A DNA stretch of 32,000 nucleotides from an uncultured Erysipelotrichaceae bacterium (GCA_964401865.1 CAYNZZ010000001.1:150001-182000), one strand, 5' to 3'; numbered from the stretch's first letter, positions 1 through 7,848 are shown. Numbers and translations are program-made. Notes: generated from the sequence alone by a model not told the origin.

Positions 1-26
1 TTATTTAGTTCAGCATATGTAGCCAT
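1..26 (-). CDS. istB: IstB-like helper protein, first ~8 codons only (cut by window edge)
   Basis: ATG at 26-24 (minus strand) lies 3 nt downstream of the istA stop and reads MATYAELN. The call rests on position in the canonical istA-istB arrangement; too little sequence is present to confirm it. Confidence 0.4.
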
Positions 27-29
27 ATA

Positions 30-1247
30 TTATAACTTATCGAAGATCTTTAAATTATCTTCACAAATCCTTTCTATATTTTCTTCGTGAATCATATTGT
101 GTTTTAATAGCGACTTATAATCATCAGGATTATAAGTAATTTGTTTATCAGTTATCCTGTGACTTTGAATGAGTGTTTTATTATAATAAATATTAAGGTT
201 ATCATCTTGTCTTTCAAGAGTAACTGTCTTGCCTGTATAGGCAGGTGGTAAAGAATATTTATGTCCATCATAAGTAATCAGACAGTCTTTTGGCACTTTC
301 CTAGTTAATACTTTCTCAGAGTAATAGGTTCCCAGTATGTCTAATCTTGGTAGTGGAAGTAAATATTCTTTTTCTTTTTCAAATCTGACAAATGGTTTTT
401 CTTTGGTTGCAGACTGTATTTCTGAATTAATATCTTCATTTAGTTTCATGACAATATTAATCAGCTCTTCTATTGAATCAAATTCATTATTCATAACCTT
501 AAGTCTATTCATTACCTTAGCCACTGTTTCAACCTTACCTTTGGTTTTAGGCTTATACGCAAGACAACTTTTGACTTCAAATCCGGCATCCTTGGAAAAC
601 TGATAGAACTTATCATTATAAACAGGCTTACTGTATTGTGTTCTTGATTGATCTACAACTGTTTTCATATTATCAAACAGAAATTCCTTAGGAACTCCAC
701 CAAAATATTTAATTGTATTTGTCAGGCATTTAAACAGTGTTGACTGTGATCTATCAAATGTCAGTTCTATATACTTAAGTCTTGAATAGCCAAGAATAGC
801 TAAGAATATATTCACAGTAAAGGCTTCACCAAGTCTTGATACTAAAGTTAAATCCTCTTTCCAGTCTATTTGACACTGTTTACCCCGTTCGGTTTCAAAG
901 TGTAATGTAACCTCATCCTGTTTCCTGACTTTCAAGTTTTGACAATAATACTTGATGGTAGTATAGGAACCAGTATATCCATATTTATCTTTTAAAAGAT
1001 TATATATTGCGATAGCTGGAGAATTATGTTTAAGATATTTATCTTCAATTATCGCTTCATAACCATCTATCTTCTTTTTAACCTTTCTTGGCATGCGTTT
1101 CTTTTTGTCCTTCTGACTATCTCTTTCGTTGTAGTACTTCTGTACAGTTCTATAGTCACAGTCATACTGTCTGGCTATAGCTGCGCAGTTTATTTTTTCA
1201 TCATTAAGTTTCATCAAATGTACAACCTCTTTAATGTCTTTTCGCAT
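30..1247 (-). CDS. istA: IS21-family transposase IstA
   Basis: About 405 aa with an N-terminal HTH (INCAAIARQYDCDYRTVQKYY) and an integrase/DDE core (QIDWKE..., NIFLAILGYSR, LFDNMKTVV) typical of IstA. The GGAGG at 1255-1259 is 7 nt from the ATG at 1247 but only 1 nt from the ORF-track ATG at 1253, so 1247 is preferred. Confidence 0.9.
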   Translation of the reverse strand: MRKDIKEVVHLMKLNDEKINCAAIARQYDCDYRTVQKYYNERDSQKDKKKRMPRKVKKKIDGYEAIIEDKYLKHNSPAIAIYNLLKDKYGYTGSYTTIKYYCQNLKVRKQDEVTLHFETERGKQCQIDWKEDLTLVSRLGEAFTVNIFLAILGYSRLKYIELTFDRSQSTLFKCLTNTIKYFGGVPKEFLFDNMKTVVDQSRTQYSKPVYNDKFYQFSKDAGFEVKSCLAYKPKTKGKVETVAKVMNRLKVMNNEFDSIEELINIVMKLNEDINSEIQSATKEKPFVRFEKEKEYLLPLPRLDILGTYYSEKVLTRKVPKDCLITYDGHKYSLPPAYTGKTVTLERQDDNLNIYYNKTLIQSHRITDKQITYNPDDYKSLLKHNMIHEENIERICEDNLKIFDKL

Positions 1248-1287
1248 ACACATTCCTCCATATAATCAATATGATTATATGAAAAGA

Positions 1288-1349
1288 ATGTAGGTAGCAC
1301 CTACATTTTTGAGATTGGCGTTTTCCTACATTTCTATTATGGCGTTTTC
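1288..1349. repeat. Subterminal repeats of the IS21 end (two tandem ~25-bp units plus one inverted copy of the CCTACAT core)
   Basis: Unit A at 1300-1324 is CCTACATTT-N7-TGGCGTTTT. Unit B at 1325-1348 is CCTACATTT-N6-TGGCGTTTT. ATGTAGGT-agc-ACCTACAT at 1288-1306 is a perfect 8-bp inverted repeat. Multiple terminal transposase-binding repeats are a known IS21-family trait. Confidence 0.65.
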
Positions 1350-1350
1350 A

Positions 1351-1978
1351 CTTTCTTTTGGGATAGACAGAAAATATCTTTCAGTATATTCTTTTCTGCG
1401 GCTTTCGATAATATCTAATACTTCGCCTGTAATGAAGTTCATTATGACCAAAGCATATTTGCAATCTAGAGATATGTTAAGATAAACCTCATCAATACAG
1501 ATAAACTTTGTAAGTTTTAGTCTTGGAAGATCTACATAACGAAAAATAACTGATGTACATAGGTATCTGATACAGAATACATACTGGCTATTTGTCTACA
1601 CGAAAGTCTTATGTCTTTCATTGCCATGATTATTCTGAAGTCGACAATTTTAGTAACACGTTTTCTTTTCTCAATGAAGTTGAACTGATCATAACAGGAG
1701 TATGTACATTCAGGATTACTACATTTCCATCTCCTTCCAATTACAGTAATCTCAAGTTTATACCCGTCGTTTAATATCTGATTATTAGGGTATCTTCTGA
1801 ATTGACCTTTGGAGTTTAACTTATATCCACATAACGGACATACCAAATCATGCCTAAGATTTTTCATGATGGTTACTGATTTAGTATCACCATCAACACT
1901 TGTATCTACTATTGATGAATCTTCATCAACCAGATTTAAAATCTGTGCTATACTATCTTTGATAATTATTCCTTCTTT
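1351..1978 (-). pseudogene. ISL3-family transposase, N-terminal part; frameshifted and truncated by the IS21 insertion
   Basis: The minus-strand translation gives ...ILNLVDEDSSIVDTSVDGDTKSVTIMKNLRHDLVCPLCG...WKCSNPEC (ISL3 zinc-finger N-terminus). A stop occurs at 1532-1534. Homology continues in another frame (FRYVDLPRLKLTKFICIDEVYL...DIIESRRKEYTERYFLSIPKE), with the shift at the A5/T5 run 1543-1547, and ends abruptly at 1351. There is no in-frame ATG between 1867 and the upstream stop at 1979-1981. Confidence 0.8.
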
Positions 1979-2018
1979 CTATTTTTTATTAGACACAATC
2001 ATATGATAGAAAGAAAAG

Positions 2019-2063
2019 AGGTCGTAGTGTTGGTATTATTTCTAATATTCTACGACCTTTTTA
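2019..2063 (+). terminator. Hairpin plus T-run (terminator-like, orphaned)
   Basis: AGGTCGTAG (2019-2027) pairs with CTACGACCT (2050-2058) and is followed by TTTTTAT. The loop is long (22 nt) and no intact upstream + strand gene is present. Confidence 0.35.
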
Positions 2064-2111
2064 TATTATTTATTTTTAGATATCGGTATGGCGATAATGT
2101 ATGCCATATGC

Positions 2112-2196
2112 TACCCCTATAACTTACCCCTGATAACTTTGAATACTTTGTGAATACCCCTGTTAATGACCCCCATTAACTAAACCCCCATTAAAT
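2112..2196 (+). repeat. Cluster of five degenerate C-tract direct repeats (iteron or centromere-like)
   Basis: The copies are TACCCCTATAACT (2112), TACCCCTGATAACT (2125), TACCCCTGTTAATGA (2155), CCCCCATTAACTA (2170) and AACCCCCATTAAAT (2183). C4-5 runs are conspicuous in this AT-rich DNA. The core is CCCC(T/C)-N1-2-(T)TAA. Confidence 0.6.
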
Positions 2197-2289
2197 TTGG
2201 ATATCCTGTATTTGATGTGAAGGCTTTTTTTGTACTTTCATTTAAACTTATTGAAGTGATTAAAGATGATATCAAAGACTCTTTAATGG

Positions 2290-2497
2290 GATTTTTCATC
2301 GTTCAAAAGGTGTTGATTTAATTCCTGCTAATTTAGATTTATCAGCTATGAAGTTTAACTTGGTCAATGCAATGAGTAGAGAAACAACATTAAAGACTTA
2401 TCTTAATGAAGTAAAACAAAATTATGATTATGTACTCATTGATTGTATGCCGTCTTTAGGTATGATAACTCTTAATGCATTATCGGTAGCATTAAAT
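2290..2497 (+). pseudogene. ParA/Soj-family partition ATPase, internal fragment
   Basis: The translation KGVDLIPANLDLSAMKFNLVNAMSRETTLKTYLNEVKQNYDYVLIDCMPSLGMITLNALSVA matches the middle of ParA-type ATPases (DLIPsn.dL...re..L...l....YDYvLIDCpPSLG.lT.NAL). The N-terminal Walker A region is absent and homology is lost after about 2497. The ORF-track ORF 2348-2599 is therefore a remnant. Confidence 0.7.
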
Positions 2498-2599
2498 CAA
2501 GTGTGGTCATATATAGGGCAATTAGTATTTAATATGTTGATATTGGTTGGCGCAGCGAAGATTGGTGATAGAATTATTCGAGAAATGATGGGATTATAA

Positions 2600-2707
2600 T
2601 TAAAAGTTACGGTAAAAGTTCCCTAAGTTTTAAATCAAAAGTTGATATTTGGATTTGGATATGGTATATTTAGTTAAAAGTTACGGTAAAAGTTCCCTAA
2701 GTTTTAA
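2600..2707 (+). repeat. Perfect 34-bp direct repeat, two copies (2600-2633 and 2674-2707) separated by 40 bp
   Basis: TTAAAAGTTACGGTAAAAGTTCCCTAAGTTTTAA occurs twice with identical sequence. The second copy ends 17 nt before the probable start of the ATPase gene. The unit contains an internal AAAAGTT duplication. Confidence 0.95.
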
Positions 2708-2724
2708 TTGAAAGGATGATTTTG

Positions 2725-4014
2725 ATGTCTAACATTATTAAAAGAGATTATTACCTTAAACAGATTATTGATAAAAAAGAAAATGGTTTGATTAAAGTTA
2801 TTACTGGCATAAGAAGATGTGGTAAGAGTTATTTGTTATTTAATTTATTTTACGATTACCTAATAAATAATGGGATTAGTAAAGATAATATAATCGCCAT
2901 TGCCTTAGATGATGATTTATATGTTAAGTATCGAAATCCTGACGAATTATCAAAGTATATCCGCGAAAAAATAATCAATAATGATATGTATTATATTTTA
3001 ATTGATGAAGTTCAATATGCCATTAGTAAAGAAGAATTAAAAAATTCTGAAAACATCAAATTGTATAATGTGTTAAATGGTTTAATGCGACTTCGTAATG
3101 TAGATATTTATGTTACAGGATCAAACTCTAAAATGTTAACCAAAGATGTTTTAACAGCTTTTAGAGGAAGAAGTGATGAAATTAAGATGTATCCAATAAC
3201 TTTTAAAGAATACTATAATTTTGTTGGTGGTGATAAATCAGATGTTTATGAAGAATATGCTTTATATGGAGGAATGCCCTTAGTATTGAATAAAAAAACT
3301 GATACCGAAAAAGTAAATTATTTAAAAAGCCTTTTTACTGAGGTTTATTTCAAAGACATCATTGAAAGATATAGTATTGAATTACCTGAGGTATTAAATG
3401 AATTAACAGATGATTTATGTTCTTCAATTGGCTCATTGACAAACGCTAATAAGATTGCGAAAACTCTAAATTCAATCAAAAATATCAAAGTATCTAGTAA
3501 CACAATAGCGAGTTACTTAGACTATTTAATGGAATCATTTCTTTTTAATAATGCGAAAAGATATGATGTCAAAGGTAAAAAGTATTTTGAATATCCATCA
3601 AAATATTACTGCACTGATATTGGACTTAGAAATGCAAGACTTAACTTTAGACAGCAAGAAGAAACACATATTATGGAAAATATCATTTATAACGAACTTA
3701 TTAGTCGTGGATATTTAGTTGATGTTGGAGTTGTGGAGATAGTTGAAAAAATAGATGAAAACCGAGTTAAAAAACAATGTGAAATCGATTTTGTTGTAAA
3801 TAAAGGCACAAAAAAATACTATATCCAATCAGCATTAAGTGTTTCAGATCCTAATAAACTAAAAACAGAAATCAGACCATTATTAAATACTAAAGACTTT
3901 TTCAAGAAAATATTGATAAGTAAAACTTCAATGAAGCCTTTTATTGATGAAAATGGGATTCTTCATTTAGGGTTATATGAATTTTTATTAAATGAAGATT
4001 CACTAGAATTGTAA
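2725..4014 (+). CDS. AAA+ ATPase of the AAA_14 / DUF4143 (COG1373-like) type
   Basis: Walker A is GIRRCGKSYLL and Walker B is YILIDEVQY. The C-terminal region (CEIDFVVNKGTKKYYIQSALSVSDPNKLKTEIRPLL) is characteristic of DUF4143-containing ATPases. The SD AAAGGA at 2710-2715 abuts the ATG at 2716 but is 9 nt from the ATG at 2725, so 2725 is preferred. Confidence 0.85.
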   Translation: MSNIIKRDYYLKQIIDKKENGLIKVITGIRRCGKSYLLFNLFYDYLINNGISKDNIIAIALDDDLYVKYRNPDELSKYIREKIINNDMYYILIDEVQYAISKEELKNSENIKLYNVLNGLMRLRNVDIYVTGSNSKMLTKDVLTAFRGRSDEIKMYPITFKEYYNFVGGDKSDVYEEYALYGGMPLVLNKKTDTEKVNYLKSLFTEVYFKDIIERYSIELPEVLNELTDDLCSSIGSLTNANKIAKTLNSIKNIKVSSNTIASYLDYLMESFLFNNAKRYDVKGKKYFEYPSKYYCTDIGLRNARLNFRQQEETHIMENIIYNELISRGYLVDVGVVEIVEKIDENRVKKQCEIDFVVNKGTKKYYIQSALSVSDPNKLKTEIRPLLNTKDFFKKILISKTSMKPFIDENGILHLGLYEFLLNEDSLEL

Positions 4015-4232
4015 TATCAACAAACTTTACTGTTGATAAATTTCAGATTATTAAATCATATGTTAAATAATAGAGTTGTAAATCTATTAAAACTCAAACA
4101 GAGTAAAAAAGTTTAATAAATGCCATATTTATTGAAGAATAGGGTTACAACTAAAATAATCTCGGAGATATATTTATCTCTATATAACTTTAAGGTCAGT
4201 AGAAAATGAACTGATCTTTTTTATTTATCTGT

Positions 4233-4649
4233 TTAGCAATTATCATTGGGATCCATGAGATCTAATAAGGTCTTATTTCTAAGATAATTGGAAATGATAT
4301 CTTGCAATTCCTTAAAAGTATTGATAGTCGGGCAGGTATTATGATCTTTACAACTACTATTTTGGCCAAGGCAAGCGATAGGGCAAAGATCTTCCTCGGT
4401 GATTTCTAGAATCTCCAAAAGATTGTACTCACTTGGATTTTTAATGAGTTTATAGCCGCCACAAACGCCTCTTTTAGATTCAACAAGATTGTTTTTGGCT
4501 AGTAAAGTCATGATGGTTTCAAGATATTTTCTAGATATATCTAATCTTTTAGAAATATCTAGGATACAAAGATATTGTTTTTGACCCCCATGTTTTGCCA
4601 TATCTACCAATACTCTTAAGGCATATGTTCCTTTAGCTGAAATTAACAT
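4233..4649 (-). CDS. Rrf2-family transcriptional regulator (CymR/IscR-like)
   Basis: The N-terminus has the Rrf2 winged-helix signature (SAKGTYALRVLVDMA..., ISRKYLETIMTLLAKNNLVESKRGVCGGYKL). The C-terminal part carries Cys residues (CPIAC..., SSC, TC). Confidence 0.9.
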   Translation of the reverse strand: MLISAKGTYALRVLVDMAKHGGQKQYLCILDISKRLDISRKYLETIMTLLAKNNLVESKRGVCGGYKLIKNPSEYNLLEILEITEEDLCPIACLGQNSSCKDHNTCPTINTFKELQDIISNYLRNKTLLDLMDPNDNC

Positions 4650-4671
4650 AGATATATTATATCACATAAAA

Positions 4672-4703
4672 CCTATTGAATTAGTAGGAAATGGGTTTAT
4701 AAT
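4672..4703 (+). promoter_or_regulatory. Putative sigma-A promoter of the ABC operon with an overlapping imperfect palindrome (candidate Rrf2 operator)
   Basis: TTGAAT (4676-4681), a 16-bp spacer, then TATAAT (4698-4703). The palindrome CCTAtTgAAtTAgTAGG (4672-4688) covers the -35. Called from sequence only. Confidence 0.4.
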
Positions 4704-4726
4704 GAAGAAGCAAAAAAGAGTTAAGT

Positions 4727-5398
4727 ATGGAAACACGTTTAATTGATATATTGATAGAGTCTTTTCCTAAAATGTTTATGTTAGGTATCCAAGTTACAAT
4801 ACCTTTAGCATTCTTTTCATTTTTATTGGCTTTTACAATCTCGATAATTGTCGCTTTTGTACAGTATGCAAAGGTCCGCTTTGCCAAAGAGGTTAGTAGA
4901 TTTTATATCTGGATTATTAGGGGAACACCACTGCTTGTTCAACTATATATATTCTTTTATGGACTACCAAAAATTGGTATTAAATTGAGTGCACTGCCCT
5001 GTGCGATCTTGGTTTTAGGATTAAATGAGGGTGCTTATATGTCTGAAAGTATGAGAGCTGCATTAGAAGCTGTTCCAAGAGGACAAATGGAAGCCGGCTT
5101 TTGTATTGGTGAATCTTATATGCAAGTTATGATGCGCATTGTTTTACCACAAGCTTTAAGAACAGCGTTCCCATCTTTGTCTAATTCATTTATCGCTTTA
5201 ATTAAAGAAACCAGCATGGCAAGTACAATTACAGTGGTAGAGATGTTCAGACAATCACAAATCATTAATTCACGTTATTATGAGCCTTTTGCCCTATACC
5301 TTGAAGCCGCATTTATCTATTTGATTTTCTGTACGATCGTATCCTTTATTCAAAAAAGAATTGAAAATAAGCTGGCTGTTTATGGAGGAATCAAATGA
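4727..5398 (+). CDS. Polar amino-acid ABC transporter permease (HisM/GlnP/TcyB-like)
   Basis: Multi-TM protein with an EAA-type loop (LNEGAYMSESMRAALEAVPRGQMEAG). Its stop overlaps the next ATG (ATGA at 5395-5398). Confidence 0.9.
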   Translation: METRLIDILIESFPKMFMLGIQVTIPLAFFSFLLAFTISIIVAFVQYAKVRFAKEVSRFYIWIIRGTPLLVQLYIFFYGLPKIGIKLSALPCAILVLGLNEGAYMSESMRAALEAVPRGQMEAGFCIGESYMQVMMRIVLPQALRTAFPSLSNSFIALIKETSMASTITVVEMFRQSQIINSRYYEPFALYLEAAFIYLIFCTIVSFIQKRIENKLAVYGGIK

Positions 5399-6132
5399 TA
5401 GAGGTAAGAAATTTAGCTAAATCTTTTGAAGGCAATGAAGTTTTAAAAGATATTAATTTACGGATAGAAAAAGGCGATGTAATATCAATTCTGGGATCTT
5501 CCGGTTCTGGTAAAACAACTTGTCTTCGCTGTATGAATTTTTTAGAAAAAGCCGATAGAGGTACATTAGTATTCGATAATAAAGAATATGATTTAGCTAC
5601 TATTTCCAAAAAAGATATTAGTAATATTCGGAAAAAGACAGCATTTGTTTTTCAAAACTATAATCTTTTTTTGAATAAGACGGTCTTAGAAAATGTAATG
5701 GAAGCTTTGGTGGTCGTTAGAAAATATGATAAAGAAAAAGCCAGAGATAAAGCTATCGAGGTTTTAAAAAAAGTGGGGATGGAGAATAAACTAGATGCCT
5801 ACCCCATTAAATTAAGTGGCGGTCAGCAACAAAGAGTATCAATAGCCAGAGCTTTAGCATATGATCCTGAAGTTATCTATTTTGATGAGCCAACTAGTGC
5901 TCTGGATCCCGAACTTATTGGCGAAGTACTGCAAGTTATGAGAGAGCTTGCGAAAAGCGGGATTACCATGGTGGTGGTTACTCATGAGATGAATTTCGCT
6001 CGCAATGTTTCGACTAAAGTCGTATTTATGGAAAATGGCAGAATAATTAAAGAAGCCAAGCCGGAAGAATTTTTTGAAAGGCAGGATGATGAAAGAATCT
6101 TGCAATTTATAAGAAAGGTAGGAGAACAATGA
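5395..6132 (+). CDS. Amino-acid ABC transporter ATP-binding protein (GlnQ/TcyC-like)
   Basis: Walker A is GSSGSGKTT, the signature motif is LSGGQQQRV and Walker B is VIYFDEPTSALD. It overlaps the next gene by 4 nt. Confidence 0.95.
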   Translation: MIEVRNLAKSFEGNEVLKDINLRIEKGDVISILGSSGSGKTTCLRCMNFLEKADRGTLVFDNKEYDLATISKKDISNIRKKTAFVFQNYNLFLNKTVLENVMEALVVVRKYDKEKARDKAIEVLKKVGMENKLDAYPIKLSGGQQQRVSIARALAYDPEVIYFDEPTSALDPELIGEVLQVMRELAKSGITMVVVTHEMNFARNVSTKVVFMENGRIIKEAKPEEFFERQDDERILQFIRKVGEQ

Positions 6133-6923
6133 AAAAAATATTTTTTGTATTAATTAGTTTATTATTATTACTTTCTCTAGGCGCTTGCAAAAGTAATGAA
6201 AAAGAAAAAGACCTTTTAGATGAAATTAAAGAAAGAGGCACTATTTCTATTGCTACAGAAGGAAATTGGTCGCCATATACATATCATGATGAAAAGACCA
6301 ATGAACTCACCGGTTTTGATGTTGAGCTTGGAAGACTTATTGCTGAAGCTTTAGGTGTTGAAGCCGTTTTTGAAGAAACGGATTATGATTCAATTTTAGC
6401 CGGTGTAGAATCGGGCAGATATGATTTAGGTATCAATGGTATTACTTATACCGATGAAAGAGCTAAGTCTTATAATTTCTCAAAGCCATATATGTTTGAT
6501 AGAACTATTTTGATCGTTTTAAAAGACAACACGAGCATCAAATCATTTGAAGATCTAAATGGAAAAGTAACAACTAATTCAACCGGTTCTACTTATGCCG
6601 ATATGGCTATTGGTTATGGCGCTGAAGTGCGATATGTAACAACGTTTGGCGATACCATTGAATTATTAAAAAGGGGAGATGCTGAAGCAACCATCAATGC
6701 AAGAGTAACTTATGAAGATTACTTACGAGCTCATCCGGAAGGGGACATTAAATTTGTCGATTCAACAGAACCAGAAAAATCAGTTATTGCTGCGGCTAAA
6801 GATGAAAGAACTGAGAGTTTAATTGAATTTATCAATAAAACTTTAGATGAGTTGGATGCTGATGGAACATTGAGCGAATTGTCTATTCAGTTCTTTGGAT
6901 ATGACGCTACAAAAGCTGAATAG
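6129..6923 (+). CDS. Amino-acid ABC transporter substrate-binding lipoprotein (family 3 SBP)
   Basis: A signal peptide with lipobox LSLGAC is followed by family-3 SBP features (WSPYTYHD..., LTGFDVELGRLIAEALG). Confidence 0.9.
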   Translation: MKKIFFVLISLLLLLSLGACKSNEKEKDLLDEIKERGTISIATEGNWSPYTYHDEKTNELTGFDVELGRLIAEALGVEAVFEETDYDSILAGVESGRYDLGINGITYTDERAKSYNFSKPYMFDRTILIVLKDNTSIKSFEDLNGKVTTNSTGSTYADMAIGYGAEVRYVTTFGDTIELLKRGDAEATINARVTYEDYLRAHPEGDIKFVDSTEPEKSVIAAAKDERTESLIEFINKTLDELDADGTLSELSIQFFGYDATKAE

Positions 6924-6927
6924 TGAT

Positions 6928-6960
6928 GAGATCTTAGTTTGATACTAAGGTCTTTTTTTG
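6928..6960 (+). terminator. Rho-independent terminator of the ABC operon
   Basis: GAGATCTTAG (6928-6937) pairs with CTAAGGTCT (6945-6953, one mismatch) and is followed by a T7 run. Confidence 0.7.
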
Positions 6961-7026
6961 TATAAAAATATTGTTTTTTTTATTTATTTATATGTATAAT
7001 GATTGCGTGTTTTATTGGAGGACAAA

Positions 7027-7830
7027 ATGGGAATATACGAGATATTAGAATCAAAAAAAGATATCAGAAAAGGTTCGGATATCTGTGATTTTAATGGTTA
7101 TTTAGAAGACTATATTGATAGCGTTGATGAAGAAGAAAAAATATATCCAGTGTTTAAGAAATTGCTTGAACATGATGATAGTTTAAGAGTCATTGTAAAT
7201 TTAAAAACATCGGTATCAAAAGAATCTATTTCAAATCAAATCATTCGCTATAAAGATATATTTAAATTAGGAAATCAAGCTATTGTTTTACCTTGGATTA
7301 TATATTCAAAAAAAGGTGAAGAACAAAAGGCATTACTAATTGTTAATGATGATTATATATGTGCTAAAGGTATGTACTATTCTTTAACTGAACCATCAAG
7401 TGAGTTTCAAGAAGTAAAAAATGATATTGTGGCTGTTGGTCTCAGAAACACAGATGAAGTTGTTGAAGCATTTGAAAAGTTATATACAAAAAGAGCAGGA
7501 CAAATTCAACGTGATTTAGATCATAAACATTTTAAGAATTATGATGAAGCATATGAACACGCCCTAGAACTATCAAATTCTATTGGCGATAATTTGATCA
7601 CTAATAGCAAAGAATGCGAAGATAAAGAAATGTTTATCCGTTCATGTGTATCGAGATGGTTCTTGATTAAGAAATATGTCTATGTTCAATTTATGGTAGA
7701 TAAGAGTATTCTTAATACTAAATTTGAAGGCAATGTAAAGGCCCAAAGAAATCAAGCGAAACAAAATGCCGATAGTATTAGGTTTGTTTCTATCTTAGAG
7801 ATTAGAAAGGCAATAGAAGAGAATGCATAA
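7027..7830 (+). CDS. Hypothetical cytoplasmic protein (268 aa), no family recognised
   Basis: GGAGG at 7017-7021 lies 5 nt before the ATG at 7027; the ORF-track TTG at 7003 has no SD. TATAAT is at 6995-7000. The ORF is long and uninterrupted in AT-rich DNA, and the gene has its own terminator. Confidence 0.75.
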   Translation: MGIYEILESKKDIRKGSDICDFNGYLEDYIDSVDEEEKIYPVFKKLLEHDDSLRVIVNLKTSVSKESISNQIIRYKDIFKLGNQAIVLPWIIYSKKGEEQKALLIVNDDYICAKGMYYSLTEPSSEFQEVKNDIVAVGLRNTDEVVEAFEKLYTKRAGQIQRDLDHKHFKNYDEAYEHALELSNSIGDNLITNSKECEDKEMFIRSCVSRWFLIKKYVYVQFMVDKSILNTKFEGNVKAQRNQAKQNADSIRFVSILEIRKAIEENA

Positions 7831-7848
7831 TGCTGCATTCTCTTTTTA
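7818..7848 (+). terminator. Rho-independent terminator overlapping the stop codon of the 7027-7830 gene
   Basis: AGAGAATGCA (7818-7827) pairs perfectly with TGCATTCTCT (7834-7843) and is followed by TTTTAAAA. Confidence 0.7.

Larger units (their letters stand above)
1..1350 (-). mobile_element. IS21-family insertion sequence, partial (upstream end plus istA; the rest lies beyond the window start)
   Basis: An istA-type ORF is followed 3 nt after its stop by a new ATG (MATYAELN...) in the istB position. The upstream end has CCTACAT(T) motifs at 1299-1306 (with an inverted partner at 1288-1295), 1300-1308 and 1325-1333, paired with TGGCGTTTT at 1316-1324 and 1340-1348. The element strand would begin 5'-TG at 1350, exactly where ISL3-transposase homology in the flank breaks off. 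Confidence 0.8.

Noticed and set aside
337-603. 88-aa + strand ORF (and similarly 1026-1265 +) inside the istA region
   Set aside because: It lies entirely antisense to a well-supported transposase gene. The sequence is low-complexity and Ser/Leu/Phe-rich, with no SD. This is typical shadow ORF behaviour in AT-rich DNA.
1592-2006. + strand ORFs 1592-1774 and 1809-2006
   Set aside because: They are antisense to the ISL3 transposase remnant, whose translation shows clear family motifs. There are no start signals.
2348-2599. 83-aa ORF offered by the ORF track as a possible gene
   Set aside because: Its N-terminal two thirds are an internal piece of a ParA ATPase. Homology begins upstream of the ATG with no Walker A, and the tail is unrelated sequence. 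It is treated as a pseudogene fragment, not a functional CDS.
2600-2707. Possible CRISPR array (34-bp repeat, 40-bp spacer)
   Set aside because: There are only two copies and no cas genes in the window. The repeat has no palindromic core typical of CRISPR repeats and directly abuts a gene start. It is reported as a plain direct repeat instead.
4681-4887. 68-aa minus-strand ORF; also 5391-5609 (-) and 5854-6129 (-)
   Set aside because: They are antisense to the ABC permease and ATPase genes, which carry unmistakable motifs. These are shadow ORFs.
7003-7026. TTG start extending the 7027 gene by 8 codons
   Set aside because: GGAGG at 7017-7021 is correctly spaced for ATG 7027 and would lie inside the extension. 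The TATAAT at 6995-7000 would leave almost no leader for 7003.
7490-7530. R-x5-H (RDLDHKH) in the 268-aa protein as a possible HEPN RNase motif
   Set aside because: A single short pattern match in a charged helix has high chance expectation. No other HEPN features could be verified without profile or structure tools.
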